DNA from: Octopus vulgaris
Lineage: Eukaryota
Reading direction: 5' to 3'
Length of the DNA stretch: 64,000 bases
NCBI GenBank assembly: GCA_951406725.2
Contig: OX597835.1
Span: forward strand, 29,946,001-30,010,000
Below, one piece after another: positions 56,441 through 64,000 of this stretch. The notes beneath the pieces were generated by a model. It did no database searches. It saw nothing but the letters and a program-made list of their open reading frames with translations, and had not been told where the DNA came from. Position 1 is the stretch's first letter. Each line of letters starts with the position of its first letter. Position numbers and translations under genes: made by a program.

Positions 56441-56790
56441 GTACACACTTCCTAAATACCAGTCTTGAGATTTTAGGCATCTCAGAAACAGAAAGGAGAA
56501 AGCTAATTCGAAGACTACAGATCCAAGCCATCGCTGGAACTATAGAAGTCTGTAAAACTTTCCAGAAGTTTATCATTTAAGTTTATATGCGTATTTCGAG
56601 GAAAGCATGCAGCAATATGCATGAGAATACACACATAAAACAAAACATACAAATCTGCACATATGCACACATACATACATACATACAAAAATACCATGTT
56701 GATGTTGTTTAAATTCCAATGAGGAGCCTTGGATCTAGGGTAGAGACCGGTTCTTTCTGTATTGAATTTTGAAGTAAAACTGTATAAGGA
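56441..56790 (+). mobile_element. Short 3' fragment of a probable RLE-type LINE in (CATA)n
   Basis: Unique insert encoding ..LEILG....RKLIRRLQIQAIAGTIEVCKTFQKF* plus a 3' UTR, flanked on both sides by long (CATA)n. Confidence 0.55.
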
Positions 56791-56884
56791 CATGCATACA
56801 TACATACATACATACATACATACATACATACATACATACATACATACATACATACATACATACATACATACATACGTACATACA

Positions 56885-56917
<33 letters not shown>

Positions 56918-58555
56918 CTAATTCACATTATAAGGATTTATCTAATCGGGCTGATACTCACAAAGAAACTCCTTTGGTGGACCAGGCTATAAACCGCATA
57001 GTAAATCAATGTATATATATACATGCGTAAGCTCGAAACGTTAAAAACTTTTCCACTCTCTCCGATGGTTAAACTAATACATCTTCTTGTTCTTTTACCT
57101 GTCTTTTATCTTTTGTTTCCTGTGCGCTTGAACTCCACCTATACATATGCACAACGTAGTTCAAAGACGAAATCATACTACCTTACATAATCAAATGCAG
57201 GTCATAACTCAGCAGAAAACCTAACGTGGTAAAGCATATGGGGATAGCGAGAAAAGTTCGAAGTTGGGCAGTGAATTCAGGCCGTGTGGAGCAGAAATTC
57301 TTAGGTTAAAGTAAGGTCTCACTCACTGGATATATGGCTGGTTTCGATGCTGGATGATATCGGTGATGGATAATGGTGGCGGTGTTGTTGTTGTTGATTA
57401 AAGGTGGTTGGTGGTTCAATTGGAGTTGGTCTTGATTTATTGTTTATGGTGTGTGTCACTGTTTGATCGTGGCTTCAGCAGTTTAACCCGAAGCCAACCT
57501 GATTAAGAAACTCTATGAGCATGAGCGTTCTAGCTATAACAACTTGGCATTTTTACTAATATCCAGAACTGCTATTTTTGCAATTTCCATTAAATTTTAA
57601 AGAATGACGGAGTAAATTTCGACGTAAATTTGGCTGCTATTTCTCCTCTACCTGATGCTCTTGATACGCGCTGAGGAAGTGGTTGTCCTAGCGATAATAG
57701 GGGAGGTAGCGACGGCGGATTGTGTTGTTCTTTTTGCGACATGTCATGAGTTTCAAAGCTTTGTATTCGGTGGTATATAAATGACGAATAGCAAATAAGT
57801 GCCTCGTCACAGATCAGATCAAACAAGACTAGACAATCAAACCATTTTAGACCAGATCAACATTTCACTACTCACAGTCTATTTATTCACCATTAATACA
57901 GCCATTGTTTTCACTCGAGGAATTGGTTGATACACGTATCAAATAGTAACAAGAGATACAACAATAGCAGTGTTGGTAATTGTAGTCCATCACATAACAG
58001 AAAGCATAGCAACCGTAGATTTAAAAGATCACGAGATGCGTGATTCGTTTAGAAGTGCTAAAAATAATTAAGAAATTGTCAGGCGGAAGCTGAATTTTGA
58101 AATGATCCATGTCATCCGCTAGAATAATTCTGTAAAGGAAAAACGTCCAAAGTAATAGAATCAGAGGTTGAAGGATTTTGTCAAATTGCTGGCAAGATAT
58201 CAACGAAATTTTGGACAAGTTTAATCGTACGAGCCAACGAGGTCATCTCTCTTGCATTTCATAGTTTCGTTTCAGTTAAGTTCTCTAAACCGTTATTGAC
58301 TATCAGAGAAAAGGTTGAACACCTTGACATCTTCGATTAGTTTGTTATAAGTGGAATATTTGTATGCGTGTGAAAAAGTACACCGAAGGTGGGTTTAGAA
58401 GGAGAAGGAAAGTACGTTCTACGAGAAACGTGTCTCACGCCGTCGCGATTTCGATTCACTCTTGCGATCTTTGTATGCTGCTTATGTCAAAAAAATTCTC
58501 CTTCTCTCTTTCTCTCTCTTAATATATAAATGTAATATATATATATGTGTGTGAG

Positions 58556-58617
<62 letters not shown>

Positions 58618-58785
58618 TTAATTTTATTCCGAAATACTTTTCCTACCCGACATGCAGTTCGAAAAAGCCCGCCATTTACCGAATATATGATTTATAAACA
58701 TTCCATGTGCTTGGCCGGAGTGAATAGATGTCTGTTCGTCTTCGCTAGGTAAGGTTGGTGGTTTATTTATGATGTGTTCAGAATC

Positions 58786-58843
58786 AGTTCTGCTGAGGAT
58801 CATAAGACGTAAGTTAAATGTGAAATCACGGTGATACAGAACT
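58786..58843 (+). ncRNA. Type I hammerhead-like motif
   Basis: Stem I AGTTCTG/CAGAACT (7 bp); CTGAGGA; imperfect stem II with GTAA loop and U-U at 10.1/11.1; GAAA; stem III TCAC-G-GTGA; TA. Confidence 0.65.
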
Positions 58844-58964
58844 AAATTCATTTTTTAAATGTCTTGCTTTGAAGAACTGCATTTAGGTATGATTAGTGTA
58901 ATTTTGGTAGTAATGACTTTGTCCCTCTTAGTGTGAGGCATTTATGTGTATTAATGCCCTCTAT

Positions 58965-59019
<55 letters not shown>

Positions 59020-59022
59020 ATG

Positions 59023-59096
<74 letters not shown>

Positions 59097-59132
59097 CATA
59101 TATGTACATATATACATACGTACATTCATAAA

Positions 59133-59280
59133 CGAGGAAGTGCTAAAAAGTTCCTGGCCTTAGATAAAAGAAAAGAGTGGGGAGATCAGTTAACATTGAA
59201 TTTATTCAACATATTCACCTCTCAGATTGACACACTTATTGCAGCGGTTCTAAGTCTTTCTAATCCCTGTAAAACAACTG
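59133..59280 (-). mobile_element. Mariner-type terminal fragment
   Basis: CGAGGAAGTGCTAAAAAGTTCCTGGC...TTTATTCAACATATTCACCTCTCAG resembles the mariner end at 35109. Confidence 0.5.
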
Positions 59281-59454
59281 CATGTATATTTTACTTAGGC
59301 ATTGCGAAGCTAATGACCTAGTGTAGAACTCAATATACGTATGATTCAGAACGTGTTTGACGAGTATAAAGCGGTAATAAAAGCATTGGATGACACAGGA
59401 AAATCTATGGTTCATAATATAACCAACGTTTTTCCTGTCTCATCTCTTCTTATA

Positions 59455-59497
<43 letters not shown>

Positions 59498-59500
<3 letters not shown>

Positions 59501-59659
59501 GGAGTGGCTGTGTGGTAAGTAGCTTGCTAACCAACCACATCGTTCCGGGTTCAGTCCCACTGCGTGCCATCTTGGGCAAGTGTCTTCTGCTATAGCCCCG
59601 GGCCGACCAATGCCTTGTGAGTGGATTTGGTAGACGGAAACTGAAAGATGCCTGTCGTA

Positions 59660-59733
<74 letters not shown>

Positions 59734-59898
59734 TGTGTGTGTGTATGTATGTGTGTGTTTGTGTGTCTGTGTTTGTCCCCCTAGCATTGCTTGACAACCG
59801 ATGCAGTTGTGTTTACGTCCCCGTCACTTAGCGGTTCGGCAAAAGACCCCGATAGAATATGTACTGAAACAAGTAAAAGAGTAAAGAGTAAAAGAGTA
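59498..59898 (+). mobile_element. SINE family B with an internal deletion near the tail
   Basis: Head, CORE-like block, (AT)n and GTAAAAGA tail. Confidence 0.85.
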
Positions 59899-59966
59899 TA
59901 TGCATATGTTTGCATATATATATATACGCACACATACACATTCTTGTATATGCGCATATATATATA

Positions 59967-60010
<44 letters not shown>

Positions 60011-60972
60011 TGCATGAATAAATTTCTGCAGATACCTACTTATATTCTTCCCGTGTATTCATACATACACACAAATATGCCCGCATTTAAGCATACCTAC
60101 ATGCATGCATTCATACATACATACATATATACATACATACACACACACATACATACATACATACATGCATACATACATACATACATACACACATACATAC
60201 ATACATACATACACACACACAAACAAACACACACAAACACACATCTCTCTCAACATAATATTCTATGCCAACCCATCATAAAAGTAATTTTAATCACATC
60301 TAACTCGTTTCAAATTCCACTTATTCGATATCATTTTCTAAACTTTTTTCACAATTTTTGCAAATATTTTAATTTTCCCATATTTTATTTAATAATTTCC
60401 AATTGTTTATTTAGTGAATTTCTTTTGCGTTTTAATTTCCTTTGTAAAATTTCTCTATGATGATGTTTTTTTTATTTAAATTTTATTGTTTTATTAACAT
60501 GTTTATTATTTTTTCTTTCTGTTGTTTGTTTATTGCCTCTGTTGTTTATTGTTTGTTTTCTCCGCTCATTTAATTTAATCTTGCAGATTTTATCCGTCAA
60601 GCCCGCAGCTTGTTTTCTAAGTACAAACCCACATAGATGTATTTAAGGGAATAAAAAGAAATATGTAAATAAATATATTGATAAAGACATGAAGAGATAA
60701 ATAAAAGTGAGGGGGAGTAAGAGGTATGAATATAAACACAAATGCACACACACGCAAATATATATGAATATACGTGTCTGCATATGTATGTATATCAATA
60801 TATATATATATGTGTATATATTCACATATATATATATATGTATATGTGTATGTATCTATGTATCTATGTATATATGCATTTAATATATATACACAGAGCG
60901 AGATAATTGCATACATATATTCATGCATAGACGCATGAATATACACGCGTGTGTATGTGAGATCTATTATTG

Positions 60973-61027
<55 letters not shown>

Positions 61028-61043
61028 AGAGAGAGAGAGCGAA

Positions 61044-61074
<31 letters not shown>

Positions 61075-61103
61075 CATATATTTTATATTTACATGTATAT
61101 TTA

Positions 61104-61135
<32 letters not shown>

Positions 61136-61227
61136 GCTCTTTATATATATATATATTAACATATATATACATATATACATGTATGTTTGTATGCATATAT
61201 ACGTACTTACGTACATACCTGTATGTA

Positions 61228-61264
<37 letters not shown>

Positions 61265-61582
61265 TTATATATACATATACCCATACATACATACATATAG
61301 ACACAGATAGACAGACATACAGACAGACAGACAGATGTACTCAAGATACGTAGAAGCAAACGTACATGCATTCATATGCAAATTCAGACAAGCAGATAGG
61401 CAGGCAGACTGATCGGAACGGACAGACAGACAGATAAATAGATGAACAGATACACAGAATGAATGACGAAAAGAGAGATAGATTAATAAACAGGAATAAT
61501 TACATAACTACTTGGGTAGACAAATAAATCGCTAACTCAGTTGATAGATCGACAGATAGAGAGAGAGATAAATGGATGGATG

Positions 61583-61688
<106 letters not shown>

Positions 61689-61713
61689 GAGATAGATAGA
61701 TAAATAGATAGAC

Positions 61714-61759
<46 letters not shown>

Positions 61760-61793
61760 AGAAAGATAGAGAGATAGAGAGATAGATAGATAA

Positions 61794-61831
<38 letters not shown>

Positions 61832-62660
61832 TGATAGATAGATAAATAGATAGATAAATAGATAGATAAATAGATAGATAGAGAGATAGAGAGATAGATA
61901 GGTATGTGGGTAGGTTGGTAAGTAGGTAGGTAGGTAGGTAGGTAGATTGCACCCGAACCATGCTGGTAAGCAGGCATAAAATGAAGAGGCAATAACTTTA
62001 ATCGGGTAGAAACCATGATGGGGAAGCTGTGGTGTTTTAGCGAAACATCTGGACATTAAAGTTAGCAGTAATGGTGGTGGTGGTGGAGGCTGTGATGGTG
62101 ATGTTGGTGGAGATGGTGGTGGTGGTGGTGGTGATGGTGATGGTAATTCTTTTGGATGGCGATGGTGGTTGAGGTGGTGGTTATGGTAGAGGTGGTGGTG
62201 GTAATGGTGGCTTGGATGGTGATAAGGTGGTGGTCGTAATGGTGGTGGCGGCAGTCATGGCGGTCATAATAGTAGTGATGAAGGTGGTGGTGGTGGTGGT
62301 GATTGTGTTAGTGATGGTGATGGCCGTCGTGGTGTTTATGATGGTAGAGAAGGTGGTGATGGTGATCGTGTTGCTGGTGGTGGTCATGGTGGTGATGATG
62401 GTGGGGATGGTGGTGAAGGTGGTGGTGGTAGTATTGGCGTTTATGGTGCGGGTGAGGGTGATGATGTGAATGATAGTGGTGGTGGAGGTAATGGTAGTGG
62501 TTGTCGTGGTAATGGTGATGATAATGGTGGTCGTTGCAGTGATGGTCATCGTCATCGTCGTCGTCGTTGTCGACATCACCATCATTGTGATATGCAAATC
62601 AATGAATATATACACAATACTTTTGAAACGATATAAATTTAAGTACGTTTAATAAACATA

Positions 62661-62844
62661 CCGCATTTACTCGTGTACATCGCGCACTCATGTATACGAC
62701 GCACCCTTAATTTAGCCATCAAATCTTGATGCAAAATTCTTTTTCCTTCATAGTTTAAACTTAGCCCCAAGTTTACGGCGTACTCCAGTTTTATCAGTTG
62801 CAATCAAGTGTAGATTAATGTGAATTATACACGAGTAAAAACAA
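62661..62844. mobile_element. Tc2/pogo-like MITE
   Basis: TA|CCGCATTTACTCGTGTA ... TACACGAGTAAAAACAA|TA: imperfect TIRs with a TA TSD. Confidence 0.65.
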
Positions 62845-63053
62845 TATATCGACACCGGTACTTATTGTATCGTCACTTTTGCCGAACCACGATGTAACGG
62901 GGTCCTAATCACGCCAACTCCAGTTTGTAAAACAGTGGCGGAGGCTGACAAACACAGACACGCATACATAGATATATACATACATATATACATACATATA
63001 TACATACATATATACATACATATATACATACATATATGCATACATATCTACAT

Positions 63054-63084
<31 letters not shown>

Positions 63085-63097
63085 TACATATATATAT

Positions 63098-63498
63098 ACT
63101 CTTTTACTTGTTTCAGTCATTTGACTGCGGTCATGCTGGAGCACCGCCTTTAGTTGAGCAAATCGACCCCGGGACTTATTCTTTGTAAGCCCAGTACTTA
63201 TTCTATCGGTCTCTTTTGCCGAACCGCTAAGTGACGGGGACGTAAACACGTCAGCATCGGTTGTCAAGCAATGCTAGGGGGGACAAACACAGACACGCAA
63301 ACATATACACATATATAAATATATATATACATACGACAGGCTTCTTTCAGTTTCCGTCTACCAAATCCACTCACAAGGCTTTGGTCGGCCCGGGGCTATA
63401 GTAGAAGACACTTGCCCAAGGTGCTACGCAGTGGGACTGAACCCGGAACCATGTGGTTGGTAGACAGGCTACTTACCACACAGCCACTCCTGCGCCTA
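63098..63498 (-). mobile_element. SINE family B, full length
   Basis: Near-identical to 15690-16106. Other partial copies lie at 34612-34915, 38052-38222, 40635-40835 and 62855-62960. Confidence 0.88.
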
Positions 63499-63635
63499 CA
63501 TATATATGTATATATGTGTATGTATATATCTATATATATAAATATATATATACACATATATATGCAAATGTATGCATATATGTATACATTTGCATATACA
63601 TATATGTACGTATGTATATATATATATATATACAT

Positions 63636-63670
<35 letters not shown>

Positions 63671-63748
63671 AACACAGATACACAATGCGTTAACATATAC
63701 ACACATTTCCTCTTTTGTTATTTGGTATGTGTATGTGCGCATGTCAGG

Positions 63749-63792
<44 letters not shown>

Positions 63793-63821
63793 CAGTGTAT
63801 ATGCATGTATACATATATACA

Positions 63822-63910
<89 letters not shown>

Positions 63911-64000
63911 CTATGTAAACGTATATATATATGTATGTACATGTATATATTTATATATATATATATAAATACACATATACAAATATATATGATTGTGCAC

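Overview
AT-rich, microsatellite-saturated eukaryotic intronic/intergenic DNA. The repeat landscape (tRNA-derived SINE families plus extreme (AT)n/(GATA)n/(AAT)n/(CATA)n load) resembles cephalopod (Octopus-like) genomes; this assignment is an inference. No intact host protein-coding gene is recognisable, and nearly all listed ORFs are microsatellite artefacts. Supported content: a 3.7-kb 5'-truncated L1/Tx1-like LINE (EN-RT-zinc finger, one nonsense codon) embedded in (TATC)n; fragments of Tx1-like, RTE, CR1-like and R4/Dong-like LINEs; two non-autonomous Helitrons; mariner/Tc1-type remnants and MITEs; many SINE copies; and an intron-containing tRNA-Ile(TAT) gene or pseudogene. The most notable signal is a dense set (about a dozen) of hammerhead-ribozyme-like motifs from several unrelated non-coding repeat families. 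Most have a minimal, self-complementary (palindromic) stem III, and several sit in fold-back elements. The best case is a near-perfect 230-bp palindrome at 38408-38871 carrying a fully canonical hammerhead on each strand. All structures were read by eye; nothing was computed or searched.
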